Shown here in pieces: positions 46,582 through 56,454 of a stretch of DNA of 64,000 bases. The notes under the pieces are model-generated. The model was not told the origin of the DNA. It searched no databases and saw nothing but the letters and a program-made list of their open reading frames with translations. How positions within the stretch are numbered: position 1 is the first letter of the stretch; each line of letters opens with the position of its first letter. The DNA is taken from IMG/VR virus record IMGVR_UViG_3300012199_000001, positions 3,598 through 67,597 of that record. One strand, given 5' to 3'. The position numbers and the translations under genes were made by a program. This stretch comes from a virus.

Positions 46582-46782
46582 TCACACGGCAATACTACCA
46601 CACTCTGGCTTGTCCTGCACCACTTTTTGACGCATCGCCTCCAACTCTTCCCAGGTCGTCACGTCGATACGCTGGCAGGTTCTGCACTTGATTTCGATGC
46701 CAGCACGACTCAAGACCATGAGCAGGCGATGATCGTACTCGCACTCAATACGTTGTGCGTTGGCTCCTACGGATTTTCTCAT
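46582..46782 (-). CDS. Mu Com-like zinc-finger protein
   Basis: IECEYDHRLL..GIEIKCRTCQRI resembles the Com pattern IRCxxCxKLL..IEIxCPRC; GAGGAG SD. Confidence 0.65.
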   Translation of the reverse strand: MRKSVGANAQRIECEYDHRLLMVLSRAGIEIKCRTCQRIDVTTWEELEAMRQKVVQDKPECGSIAV

Positions 46783-46792
46783 GCTCTCCTCA

Positions 46793-47023
46793 TTAATTTT
46801 TCCATCGGTCGCACACTGTCTCGTAGCCTCTATGCGACACAGGTATACTTGTACGGCACGTCCCTTTTGACGTATAGAGAATGCATTCGTTTGTGTAGTA
46901 GGTATAGGGCTGCTGGTGGAACTGGAGGCAATTCTTTGCAAACCAGACTTGATACCAGATAGCACCTACCACAATCGTAAGGACGATAGCCACTACACCA
47001 GCAATCATCAGATATGTTTTCAA
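46793..47023 (-). CDS. Small membrane-anchored Cys-rich protein
   Basis: N-terminal TM, four Cys. Confidence 0.65.
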   Translation of the reverse strand: MKTYLMIAGVVAIVLTIVVGAIWYQVWFAKNCLQFHQQPYTYYTNECILYTSKGTCRTSIPVSHRGYETVCDRWKN

Positions 47024-47034
47024 TTCATCCCTCG

Positions 47035-49188
47035 CTAGACTGCATTCTCACTCCCTAAAAAAAGCGTGTCCCTTTCTTTTGCCCGGTCGAACACGACACG
47101 CACATCACCTATCGTGCGACACTCTTCTAGCTCACGAGCAATGCGAGCATGCATATCCGCTGGAATGAGCGTGGAGGTGAACACGCGTACCGGTCGCTCT
47201 GCTTTTACGTCATGGACAGCACATGACCGCCATCGATTGAGTTCGAGGACGATATCGCGTGGCGTCGTGCCTGGACTCTCTGTTTGTACTTCAGCTTGAT
47301 CTCTTGCCTGCGCTTGCTTTTCGATGAGATGTAAAATCTCTGCGAGAGTATAGCGCCGCTCACCCGCTTGGCTCGTATTCCCCTGCGCTTGCTCCCCATG
47401 CTCTGCTGCTGTCGGATTTGTTTTCGCCTGTTGTGCTTCAATGTCATCGTCTGGTAGTTCCTCCTCAAAATCAGCACTCTGTGCTGATCGTTGCATCTGC
47501 TGTACGACTTGTGGCCGCAGGTTCTCGGCACGATCCAACCGTGTGAGGATCTCCTGCACCTGTGCCATGAGGCGAGCAACGGCAGGACTCTCTTTCTCAC
47601 CTTCGCTTTTACCACCGCTGGCTTCCTCTGGTGGTGCGTCACTACCTGCTACTGGTTGCTGTAGTTGCGGATTAGCAGCCATGTCAAACCCGGCCAGTTT
47701 CGCGGCATTTTGCGCGTCTCGCATGGCTGGATTAGCCATATCGTCGAGAAAGACCGGACCGTCCTTGCCCATGAAGACGCGCCCGATGTACGGGGCATCC
47801 GGTTCCTCTGGAAGTTTCAGCAACTTGGCGGCATTGGTGAGGCCGAGGATACCCGCCCCCACAAGTTGCGTATAGGTTGCAGCTTGTGCTTGTGTATCTT
47901 CGTTTTCCTCGTAGCCCTTAAAAGACACAATGAAACGCTTCTCACCAAAATACTTCTGCAAGATCATGGTAAACAGACGTGCATAGCGCTTCATGAGTGG
48001 ACCCATCGCGCGCCGGTACACAACATTCTCCTGACTGTCACCAGTAGAGCGGTTCACATCATCGGTAAAGGCAAGTTCCGCCATAGTCAGGCCATGACAG
48101 GCTGCGGCAACATTCAAGACGAACTGATCAAGCTCCATGTGAATGTCGTCAGAGTCCGTGACCGCCTTATACTCGAAGCCGCGCGGCAAGACCTTCAGAC
48201 GAGCGCGCAGTTCATCGTTGCCAGCCATCACGTTGTTGAGTTGCATCTCCCAGGCTTCAATCTCCTCTTGTGACCACTGCACATCCATCGTCGGCGAAAT
48301 AAAGCCGGGTGGCAGCGTGCCATCGGTGAAATGTGCCAGATCCTTCGTCTGTTTTCGGAGCGCCACATTGATGTTGAGGATAATGCGCTCAGTACGTGAG
48401 CGGCCATACACACTATCAGTTCGCTCCGTCTCTTTGATGTAGATCAGGTCATCGGAGGTAAGCAGGCAGGCAGGCACACCATGCACAAATTGCTCGTAAG
48501 CCGGGAATGGTGCTTGTGGCTTGCGTCCACGATCATCAACAAGCGGCTTCACCATTTGGGCGTCGATCAGATCCAGGCTGTAGAGGCGTCCAGCCCTATC
48601 CTTGCGTGGATAGATAGCAACCGCATCGATCTCCAGTTGATCTTTCACGGCCATCTGTATCCAGGAATGCAAGTCATGATCTCGGTCAGGGTAAGCGAAG
48701 AACTCTTTGTAGGTTTCGATGTCATCCTCATACATCGAAATATCCCCATCCTCTCCAATGAGGCTAGGGATCGGGGTAATATCTAGCTCTAGTTGCGAGA
48801 TATAATCAAACCAGACCTGCTGGCACATCTGAATGCCGTAGTACATCGTGGAGAGCGCCCGTAAATCCGCAAAGCTGTATATTTCCGTAGAACGTGGCAA
48901 CTGCCCGATATTGTACCCAACGGTGTAATCATATACGCGAGGTCCCGATTTTGGCACAAGTCCGGGGACTGGCCTAAGCGGAGCACCAGGGGAGTACATG
49001 GCATCCTGATTTGCTTGCGGACCCATGTTCTGATACATGGCCTGAATCACTTTGTCATTGATTGGAGTGAAGTTCGTCGCGCCTTCCTTAATATGTGGAA
49101 CCCTTGCGGCACGTTGCTCTTGCGGCATATTCTGCGTTATCACACTCTTCGATTGCGAACGTCTACGGCGTCTGCTCATCATATCCAC
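47035..49188 (-). CDS. Portal protein
   Basis: DQLEIDAVAIY..LYSLDLIDAQMVKP..YGRS..HFTDGTLPPGFI..NRSTGDSQ..MGPLM. Confidence 0.92.
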   Translation of the reverse strand: MDMMSRRRRRSQSKSVITQNMPQEQRAARVPHIKEGATNFTPINDKVIQAMYQNMGPQANQDAMYSPGAPLRPVPGLVPKSGPRVYDYTVGYNIGQLPRSTEIYSFADLRALSTMYYGIQMCQQVWFDYISQLELDITPIPSLIGEDGDISMYEDDIETYKEFFAYPDRDHDLHSWIQMAVKDQLEIDAVAIYPRKDRAGRLYSLDLIDAQMVKPLVDDRGRKPQAPFPAYEQFVHGVPACLLTSDDLIYIKETERTDSVYGRSRTERIILNINVALRKQTKDLAHFTDGTLPPGFISPTMDVQWSQEEIEAWEMQLNNVMAGNDELRARLKVLPRGFEYKAVTDSDDIHMELDQFVLNVAAACHGLTMAELAFTDDVNRSTGDSQENVVYRRAMGPLMKRYARLFTMILQKYFGEKRFIVSFKGYEENEDTQAQAATYTQLVGAGILGLTNAAKLLKLPEEPDAPYIGRVFMGKDGPVFLDDMANPAMRDAQNAAKLAGFDMAANPQLQQPVAGSDAPPEEASGGKSEGEKESPAVARLMAQVQEILTRLDRAENLRPQVVQQMQRSAQSADFEEELPDDDIEAQQAKTNPTAAEHGEQAQGNTSQAGERRYTLAEILHLIEKQAQARDQAEVQTESPGTTPRDIVLELNRWRSCAVHDVKAERPVRVFTSTLIPADMHARIARELEECRTIGDVRVVFDRAKERDTLFLGSENAV

Positions 49189-49451
49189 CTTATCTGATTA
49201 TTCTCAACAAAGTAGTGGGCAGCGCATGGGGTTGCAATGCTACCGAAGCAGCGCAATGATGGAGAGAGGGTGATGGTGCCATCTGCGTTTTCTGTGACCT
49301 CGTGATTGATAAGGCTTGCCTTCCCGCCACATGCAGGGCAGGCAATATACCATGTGGTCTCGGTCGGGAATGGGCGTCCCACTTCACCGGGCTTGTACGC
49401 CATAAGGCTTCTATCGTCGCGTATGACTGTGACTTGTGTGAGTCTATCCAT
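49179..49451 (-). CDS. DUF6527-like zinc-binding protein
   Basis: CPACG..H..DGTITLSPSL..C..HYFVENNQIRW. Confidence 0.7.
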   Translation of the reverse strand: MDRLTQVTVIRDDRSLMAYKPGEVGRPFPTETTWYIACPACGGKASLINHEVTENADGTITLSPSLRCFGSIATPCAAHYFVENNQIRWI

Positions 49452-49732
49452 CAGCGGTACTCCGGTCTGTGAGCATAGATGTCAGGTGAAAGATGTGTAT
49501 CTGCATCGACAATAGAGACAGCGTATGCCGCTCGCTTATCCACTTCTTCTTGAGACACAATGACGAGCGGTGTCTGATCAAGTCTGCATATCCTGTTCAT
49601 CGCTTCGTCAAGTTTCTGTTGAGCCGCCAGGAGGCCGATTGCCTCAACATAGTGGTTCCATGCAATCTTGTATTCCGCTACGGCACGCTCATAGCGTTGT
49701 AAGGCTTGCTCAAACACTTCTTCAGGATACAT
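49451..49732 (-). CDS. Hypothetical protein
   Basis: AGGAGG SD. Confidence 0.65.
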   Translation of the reverse strand: MYPEEVFEQALQRYERAVAEYKIAWNHYVEAIGLLAAQQKLDEAMNRICRLDQTPLVIVSQEEVDKRAAYAVSIVDADTHLSPDIYAHRPEYR

Positions 49733-50210
49733 CTGATTGCGCCTCCTTGTGATAGAGAAACAGCATCGTTCCCTGTGGAAGTCTCTCACCACGGATATAG
49801 CTCGTCTCTTTCATGTGAGTCTCTGACCAGTATTGATGATTGTAGGCACTTAAAAGGATAGTGCCTGCAAATTCTCCAGGAGCATGACATCCCCAACAGC
49901 GGTTACGAAAAGAGATAGCAAAGAGACACGCGCGCAAATCATCACTATTCAGGAGCAGATAGTCAGGAACAATCCTTTGCTGCTCCCAAAACTCGACAAG
50001 AATGGATTGAATGCCTCGCAGACTCACAACCTGCCATCCAGTCTTTTTATCAGTCTCCGTTGGCAGGGGATACGTAGCAGATTCAAACTGCGCAATAGTC
50101 TCATCAGAGAGAGAATGATAATAGTCGGCATACTTCCCATTGAGCCACGCAAAGAAATCTTCTAATTCCGTATCACTATAGGTCTTCAGGTTGAGTGTGC
50201 TCATGCCCAT
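49722..50210 (-). CDS. Hypothetical protein
   Basis: Operon packing. Confidence 0.65.
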   Translation of the reverse strand: MGMSTLNLKTYSDTELEDFFAWLNGKYADYYHSLSDETIAQFESATYPLPTETDKKTGWQVVSLRGIQSILVEFWEQQRIVPDYLLLNSDDLRACLFAISFRNRCWGCHAPGEFAGTILLSAYNHQYWSETHMKETSYIRGERLPQGTMLFLYHKEAQSDVS

Positions 50211-50458
50211 CTCCGTTCATAATCACCACCAGACATTTTCTCGCGCCACTTCTTACCAAATGCAATCCCAACAATACCGGCCTCATCTGCTGCCATCCCT
50301 TTTACCAATGTCAGTACGGGTATGGTGATCTGCTTGCCACATCCCATGCACTGATAGCAGTGATCGCCTGACAAACTATCGCTCCATGATGCAAGCTTCG
50401 GATGGTTGCAGGCCTCTTCTGTTGTTGCCAAATCTCTCATGTTCATCACCAGAACCAC
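50201..50458 (-). CDS. Small zinc-ribbon protein
   Basis: CNH..CYQCMGCG. Confidence 0.6.
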   Translation of the reverse strand: MVLVMNMRDLATTEEACNHPKLASWSDSLSGDHCYQCMGCGKQITIPVLTLVKGMAADEAGIVGIAFGKKWREKMSGGDYERRWA

Positions 50459-52269
50459 TCGTTGCGTTGCTTCTGTATTTTTTCTTTTGCCGTTTCCTTG
50501 GCTGTCTGTCTGTCCGTTAGATCGGCCACAAGCGCCTGCATGCTGATACCAGCAGAAACCTCATCTGCCGCCATGCTACAGCCATCAACAATATCATCGT
50601 GCCCTCCCAGTGGAAATGTGAGCAACTCGGGCTCAACCGTGGCAAGATATGGATCACCTTGCCTGAAAAAGAACTTTCCATTCTCCATCCAGATCGCAGG
50701 GGTCGTGGCTCGTGCCACCTTGTCCTTCACCGGTTTGTACTCACGTACTGGAATAGATACACGCGATGGATCTACCCCAGGCTGTCCCACAATTTTGCAG
50801 TAGCCCTGCTTTTCCACGGCAAATTTGAAGAAGCCCGCATCACCTAGTACCTGCACCACATACCGATCAGGACCATAATAAGTAATATAGTTGTGCGTAA
50901 AGTCATCACGCACAACAAATGCTTCAACACCGGGCAATTGACGAAGTGTGCTATCCAATGCTTCAGGACTGGCTACCTCAACGATAAAATCAGTGAGATT
51001 CTTTGGCTCATTTTTGAGCTCCTGGATAAGTGCAAGCTGATAACCCACTGACTCCACTTTTAAGAAGCGTGGTTTCAGGCGATGGTAGAGCAGGCGTAAG
51101 ATTTTCTGCTGCTGTGGGTTGTCCAGATGATCTCTGATTTGCTCAATGAGCAACAAATCATTCTGTGGAGTTACGTCATAGGTCTGGATAACGGTATAGT
51201 CGGCTGTTTGCTTCAATGAGATAGCCAGGTCAACGACGGTGAAGCGCCAGCAGTCAGATTTCAGGATGGAACACGTGCCCTGAGCCGTCTCTAGTAGATA
51301 GGCTTCTGGTGTCTCCGTAAAATAGCGAAACCACTGCTTTTTGAAAATGGCCCCGCCAGCAGGCACAGGCGATTGCTGGTACTGCGATGCATAGCCAATA
51401 GATCCGAGATCGCGCTTCAATCCATCAAGTGTTGATTTACTAAATCGTTCAGGCCAAAGAAGTTCTCCTTCAACTGTCCTGGGGTCACTCCATCCAATCG
51501 AGGTAAAACACTTTCTTGAAGGATCGTATTCAGCGGGTAGGTCAAGATGCACCCAGTCAGGACGTTCTCGCAGAATATAGCCACATACGTCTTTTTCGTG
51601 GATACGCTGACCTACAACTGCCATTGCATCCTTCTCAGCATTATTGAGTCGGTTTGACCACACCTCGCGAAACCACAAAACCGCCGTTTCACGCTGCACA
51701 TCGCTGTGAGCATCATCTGCTGAGTGAGCATCATCTATGACCAGTTTTGAGCCACCGTCACCAGTGGCTGATCCTGCAACAGATAAGGCGAGCTGGAAAC
51801 CTTTCTTGTCATTCTCAAAAAGACTTTTCATCTTCTGATCGGAGGCAAGGCGGAATACATGTCCATACCTCCTCTGAAACCAGGGGTCCATGATGAGGTT
51901 GCGCCGCCGCCGATTATCACGCATGGCTAAACTTTGCTTGTAAGATGCACACAAAAACTGATCTTCTGGAAGAGTAATCCAGTCCCATACAGGCCAAACA
52001 ACAGAAATCGTGGTGCTTTTTGTGTGTCGTGGGGGAATGGTTATCACGATTTTGCGTATCTGTCCCGATGTAACCGCCTGCATGTGTTCGCAGATAGCTC
52101 CAAGACACCAGCCATCAACAAATGGCACACCTGGCTCAACAAGATGCCATACATCTTTGAGAAACTGCTTGAGAGAGCGTTTCCCTAAGTCGGCACTGGC
52201 AATACCTTGCTCATATTCGAGTCGCACCAATCGTTTGAGGCGTTCAGGATTATCAAGAATGGTCGCCAT
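50446..52269 (-). CDS. terL: Terminase large subunit
   Basis: ITIPPRHTKS Walker A, LVIDD Walker B, QRIHEKD, QYQQSP, VDLA..ADYT, FPLGGHDDIVD. Confidence 0.95.
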   Translation of the reverse strand: MATILDNPERLKRLVRLEYEQGIASADLGKRSLKQFLKDVWHLVEPGVPFVDGWCLGAICEHMQAVTSGQIRKIVITIPPRHTKSTTISVVWPVWDWITLPEDQFLCASYKQSLAMRDNRRRRNLIMDPWFQRRYGHVFRLASDQKMKSLFENDKKGFQLALSVAGSATGDGGSKLVIDDAHSADDAHSDVQRETAVLWFREVWSNRLNNAEKDAMAVVGQRIHEKDVCGYILRERPDWVHLDLPAEYDPSRKCFTSIGWSDPRTVEGELLWPERFSKSTLDGLKRDLGSIGYASQYQQSPVPAGGAIFKKQWFRYFTETPEAYLLETAQGTCSILKSDCWRFTVVDLAISLKQTADYTVIQTYDVTPQNDLLLIEQIRDHLDNPQQQKILRLLYHRLKPRFLKVESVGYQLALIQELKNEPKNLTDFIVEVASPEALDSTLRQLPGVEAFVVRDDFTHNYITYYGPDRYVVQVLGDAGFFKFAVEKQGYCKIVGQPGVDPSRVSIPVREYKPVKDKVARATTPAIWMENGKFFFRQGDPYLATVEPELLTFPLGGHDDIVDGCSMAADEVSAGISMQALVADLTDRQTAKETAKEKIQKQRNEWFW

Positions 52270-52831
52270 CTTGCTCCTTTCGCTCCTTCAACTGTGCAGC
52301 TAACCCCACGACCAATTGCAAGTCCTCTTCAGAGAGATCTTCTGTATCTCTCTTCATCTCAATAGGTCCACCGTCTTTTCCTGTCACGGCTATTTGCTCA
52401 GTAGAAGCACCACGCGCCACACGCTCTAGATCTGTTGATAATTTGAGCAATTGGACAGCAGCCACCGACCCAAAGGCTTTTGCCTCAATGAGTGCCTTGA
52501 TCTGTTCTATTGCACGCACCTGCTGAGTTACCCCTATTTGTGCATGACGCTCGTTCATAGCTTCGAGAGCTTTAGCACGCTTCTTGCGCTCCCTTTCAGC
52601 CTGTGCTTTGTCTCGCTCGATAACCCTCTCCTGCCAGCGGTGCTCAGTTGACCACTTTTTGAGACGCGAGAGAAGAGTTGCCTCAGTTGGTATGAGTTTA
52701 GTACTGCCCTGGCTGTTCTGCTGTGCTGTGATCTCCCGGTGCATCGTTTGAGCAAGCAGCGCTAAGGTGCGATCTTCATGAAGATCGTAGTACCGCTCGA
52801 AGGCCAAAGATGCTTCAGGAGTCTCACGCAT
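52253..52831 (-). CDS. terS: Terminase small subunit
   Basis: Immediately upstream of TerL; AFERY..RTL..KWSTEHRWQERV..VTGKDGGPIE. Confidence 0.8.
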   Translation of the reverse strand: MRETPEASLAFERYYDLHEDRTLALLAQTMHREITAQQNSQGSTKLIPTEATLLSRLKKWSTEHRWQERVIERDKAQAERERKKRAKALEAMNERHAQIGVTQQVRAIEQIKALIEAKAFGSVAAVQLLKLSTDLERVARGASTEQIAVTGKDGGPIEMKRDTEDLSEEDLQLVVGLAAQLKERKEQDGDHS

Positions 52832-53366
52832 GCGCTCCCTCCTTTCCGTCATGCAAACGCTGAACCGTCTCGCGTGCCCTCCCCTTACGAGGTCCGATGA
52901 TCGAGAATATTCTCGCCAAATCACACGGCGTGTTGGCGTAGGGATCGCTATAGGCTTCAGGAAGAATCACACCAGACTGCTGTAAATAGCGTGTGGCAAA
53001 ATCGCTACAGTCCCACCTTCCCTTAACGCCCCATCTCAATTTGTTGTTTGGATTTAGAAACTTGATTATTTGGAAGATCACATCCGACCATCCATACTTC
53101 CTTCCTCGCTGCTGCATAGCCCACAACAGCCCATGTAAAACATTCGACCCGGTGGTATAGGGCGCGATATCGATGGCAACATACGTGTCTGGATCAAGCG
53201 GCAGAGGGTGAAGCGCAATCCCATCGAGACGAGCGCCAATCATATGCTCATCGTCCAGTGCTATCTCAACGTGCACATAAGGCCCATGCGTCACGAAACT
53301 GATGAGTCGATCCCACCAGGAGCCAGTGGAGTAGAACAGCAGGATATTCCCGCGCAGATCAGGCAT
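52824..53366 (-). CDS. Permuted papain-like NlpC/P60 (YiiX/YebB-type) hydrolase
   Basis: GNILLF..YVHVEI..GRKYGW..DCSDFA..TPCDL (His before Cys). Confidence 0.8.
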   Translation of the reverse strand: MPDLRGNILLFYSTGSWWDRLISFVTHGPYVHVEIALDDEHMIGARLDGIALHPLPLDPDTYVAIDIAPYTTGSNVLHGLLWAMQQRGRKYGWSDVIFQIIKFLNPNNKLRWGVKGRWDCSDFATRYLQQSGVILPEAYSDPYANTPCDLARIFSIIGPRKGRARETVQRLHDGKEGAHA

Positions 53367-54792
53367 GCACCACCTCCTCGGCACGTTCTAGGAGCGTGGC
53401 AGCCTGTCCCGTTTCCTTCTCCCAGCGAGAGAGCACCACATTGATATAGTCTGCACTCAGTTCACACCCTATAACAGATCTATCACCCAATCTCTCAGCG
53501 GCAATCACGCTGATACCAGAACCAAGAAATGGATCGAAGATCCAATCCCCCTCATGCCCAAATTCGGTAAAACAATAGGAAGCCAGAGCGCAGGGTTTTT
53601 GGCTCGGGTGTACTCTCTTCTGTCCATGCTCACTTGCCTTGAGCATTCCATTCCACATATGCCGAAAAATGCGTACAGCCCGATCTGCACTACACCATGC
53701 TAATTCAGCATCAGCGAAATTGCCTGTATTCTCCTTATCCCAGACAATCCAGCACTTTGAAGGAGGGAGAGTATTCGCATAGTAGTTTGCACCCCACCAG
53801 ACGTGCACCGCACCTGGAAACAATTCTAGGCAGATTTGAGAGGAGACAATAGCCGTCTCTGTGGTGTCATCACCAATAATCGGGGCATACTTGCCAACGT
53901 CCACCACGTTCGCGGCTCCGTCGGAGCCGCGAACGGACCTGCTTCCAAAGGGCTTGGCTCCATTGGGGGAGCCAAGCCCTTTGGAAGCAGGTCCGTTCTT
54001 TTTCTCCTGCCATTCTTCAAGATAGGATTTGCCGGTCTTTCTGATGTGGGAGGCGGTGCCTCCCACATCACCGCGTGTCCGGTTTTTTACGCCGCCGAAA
54101 GGAATATCATAGGCTTCACCGCCACCAACGGATACGTTGGTGGCGACAATAGAAATGCCGTAGGGAGGATCTGCAAAGACGAGCGAGATATGCTTCTTGC
54201 CAATAAGTTTTTGCACAGCATCGATATTACAACTATTCATACAGGCAATGATGTGCCTGCCTAGTTGCCATACATCGCCAACCTGAACACGTGTCTGTTC
54301 CTCATCAACTTCTTGCTCAAATTCGTCTTCCTCATCACCACCACCTCCGTACCCGGCAGGTTCATCACCGAGTGCCTCCAGCATCTGCCGCAGCGCCTCA
54401 TCATCAGTGCCGAGTGTTGCTAGGTCATACCCTGCATCCTGCTGCCCTTGCAAAAGTTGCACGAGGATGGACTCATCATCTACAGCCTCATTGGAGAGAA
54501 GGTTGTCCGCTGCAAGTATGCCATCGATATCCTCTTGCAGAGTGCTCTCGGGTAGGATATCGGCCCTCACGCGCGTTACACCGCGTTCGCGCATAGCCTG
54601 GACAATACCATGACCAGCCACTTGTATATATTGTCCACCCGGACGCTGCCACACTACCACTGATCGGTACTGTGAGAAGCGCTCATGAGACGCCTTGAGC
54701 TTCTTGATTTGTGGATCAGGATGCTCCCGATAATTCCTGGGATGAGGCTTAATCGCCTCAATAGGAATAACACTGTTGACGATCTCAGTCAA
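53359..54792 (-). CDS. ParB-like N-terminal domain fused to N4/N6 DNA methyltransferase
   Basis: PHPRNYREH..VAGHG..ADN; GDVWQLGRH; DPPY; HPSQKP; DPFLGSG. Confidence 0.92.
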   Translation of the reverse strand: MTEIVNSVIPIEAIKPHPRNYREHPDPQIKKLKASHERFSQYRSVVVWQRPGGQYIQVAGHGIVQAMRERGVTRVRADILPESTLQEDIDGILAADNLLSNEAVDDESILVQLLQGQQDAGYDLATLGTDDEALRQMLEALGDEPAGYGGGGDEEDEFEQEVDEEQTRVQVGDVWQLGRHIIACMNSCNIDAVQKLIGKKHISLVFADPPYGISIVATNVSVGGGEAYDIPFGGVKNRTRGDVGGTASHIRKTGKSYLEEWQEKKNGPASKGLGSPNGAKPFGSRSVRGSDGAANVVDVGKYAPIIGDDTTETAIVSSQICLELFPGAVHVWWGANYYANTLPPSKCWIVWDKENTGNFADAELAWCSADRAVRIFRHMWNGMLKASEHGQKRVHPSQKPCALASYCFTEFGHEGDWIFDPFLGSGISVIAAERLGDRSVIGCELSADYINVVLSRWEKETGQAATLLERAEEVVHA

Positions 54793-54798
54793 AATGGC

Positions 54799-55059
54799 TC
54801 ACCTCTTCCTCCTCAGTTCTATCCAGTCCTGCGGCGTCTCAAGCACTGGTATCCCCATCCGTCGCATCGCCGCCTCACTCTTTGCCAGCGAGCGCGCAAT
54901 ATCGGCCTGATCCATCTCGCCCGATGCACACAACTTTATGAGATTACGATAGCCATTGGTCAGGATCGCAAGGTGATAGGACATGCTCGGATGCGCCTTC
55001 AACACCTGCTGCACTTCTAGGTCTTGGGCCGATACCAAGTCAGCATCAACCATTTTCAT
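54799..55059 (-). CDS. Hypothetical protein
   Basis: Operon packing, GAGGG SD. Confidence 0.6.
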   Translation of the reverse strand: MKMVDADLVSAQDLEVQQVLKAHPSMSYHLAILTNGYRNLIKLCASGEMDQADIARSLAKSEAAMRRMGIPVLETPQDWIELRRKR

Positions 55060-55063
55060 ACCC

Positions 55064-55741
55064 TCATTCAAGAGTTTCCTCCTCTCGCTTCGACCCAAGC
55101 ACCAACGCCAGTTCGCTGATCGCATGCCAGACCAGCATCAATCTCGCCTGCTGCTCTGTGGCCTCAATCCGATGGTGGATGTAGTTGTGGATCGGCATGA
55201 GATCGATACGAATAGAATCGATCAGGGCAAGGGCATGCTCTGTGTCTATCGCTGGCACCAGTTTGAGGTGTGCACGTACTTCCTTGACTTCAGACTGGAC
55301 ACTCAGCAGGACTGAGGATTGTTTGTTAAGGAGATTACGCTGATGCTCCAATTCCTTAAAACTGGCCTCGTTCACATGGTAATCAGACTCTGCAAGAAGC
55401 TCGCCATGTGCTGCAACCTGATTCTGGCCTACTTGCAAAATTGGTAGGCCGAATAGTTGCACAAAGTTCCCGACAAGCAGAAGCAGTGCATACGGGGCCG
55501 GGTCAAACGCCTGCCTACCGAGTATCTCCTGCAAGAAGATCCAGACGACGCAGCCAAAGACCAGCACATAAAAGAAATATATAGAGCCATAGGCACTGGT
55601 GAGCATGGTCGCGATACGGTTATTGAGGGTGCTACGCTTAATCTCATCATGCAAGAGGTTGACATTGGCGTGGTGCAGATCGCCTGCATGCCGACGATAG
55701 AGCAGGTCAAGATGCTTTTTGCTCACCGTCTCGTCCTCCAT
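55064..55741 (-). CDS. DUF1003-like membrane protein
   Basis: RIATMLT..GSIYFF..FDPAPYALL..PILQVGQN..ESDYHVN. Confidence 0.8.
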   Translation of the reverse strand: MEDETVSKKHLDLLYRRHAGDLHHANVNLLHDEIKRSTLNNRIATMLTSAYGSIYFFYVLVFGCVVWIFLQEILGRQAFDPAPYALLLLVGNFVQLFGLPILQVGQNQVAAHGELLAESDYHVNEASFKELEHQRNLLNKQSSVLLSVQSEVKEVRAHLKLVPAIDTEHALALIDSIRIDLMPIHNYIHHRIEATEQQARLMLVWHAISELALVLGSKREEETLE

Positions 55742-55847
55742 TGCTTCCGTGCACAGCAGTCGCAGGAGTAGAGCACAGCATACCCTGTCTGCCGAATGCG
55801 CCGATAGCTGTGTAGCCCAATCAAGCACAGAAAACGTTTCACATGCG

Positions 55848-56153
55848 TCATTCCCGCACCTCATACAGCACGCCCCTGAAACGCCTGCCATTCCACTGAA
55901 AATCCCACTCCATCGAATCACCAGGGATTGCCACTGCGAGATACTTCGTTGGCACGCATACCCCCAACGAGAGCGACCCATTACAGCACTCTTGCCCACT
56001 GAGCACATACTCGTAGCCCTTGAAGCTGCTGGCAAAGGGATAGCCACACGTTGGGCACATCTCCACCAGGCGTTCGACAAGGCTGGCCTGCATGCGATCA
56101 GCGGGCGTTGTCGTGCGAATGCTCGTCTGTGTGTAGGGCACAAGCGTTGTCAT
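55848..56153 (-). CDS. Zinc-ribbon hypothetical protein
   Basis: CPTCG..CCNG; operon packing. Confidence 0.55.
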   Translation of the reverse strand: MTTLVPYTQTSIRTTTPADRMQASLVERLVEMCPTCGYPFASSFKGYEYVLSGQECCNGSLSLGVCVPTKYLAVAIPGDSMEWDFQWNGRRFRGVLYEVRE

Positions 56154-56163
56154 GCGAGCGATG

Positions 56164-56454
56164 TCAGTCACCAGGCACCTCCTGATCGAACGCATCACGA
56201 AACACGTCAGGGATAGGTGTCTGCTGTTCAGCATGCTCCACATGCGAGAAGACAGGATCATACTTGCTATGACCAGTGCAAAACGTCGGTGCGCGGAGTT
56301 CCAGGTTCGTGACAAAGTAATGGATCTGATACCACTGCCCGCCGTGCAATGCGAGCAAAGAAGGCATGAGGAAGTGACCACAGAGCGGACAGCGTACTAA
56401 GTCCGCAGTAATCTCCACCGGAAAGCGAGCGTGGATATACGGATCGTCGCTCAC
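56164..56454 (-). CDS. Zinc-ribbon hypothetical protein
   Basis: CPLCGH..CTGH; GGAGGT SD. Confidence 0.6.
   Translation of the reverse strand: MSDDPYIHARFPVEITADLVRCPLCGHFLMPSLLALHGGQWYQIHYFVTNLELRAPTFCTGHSKYDPVFSHVEHAEQQTPIPDVFRDAFDQEVPGD

Noticed and set aside
50770-51010. Intein in TerL
   Set aside because: No N-terminal Cys/Ser block or His-Asn end, and too short; kept as a plain insertion
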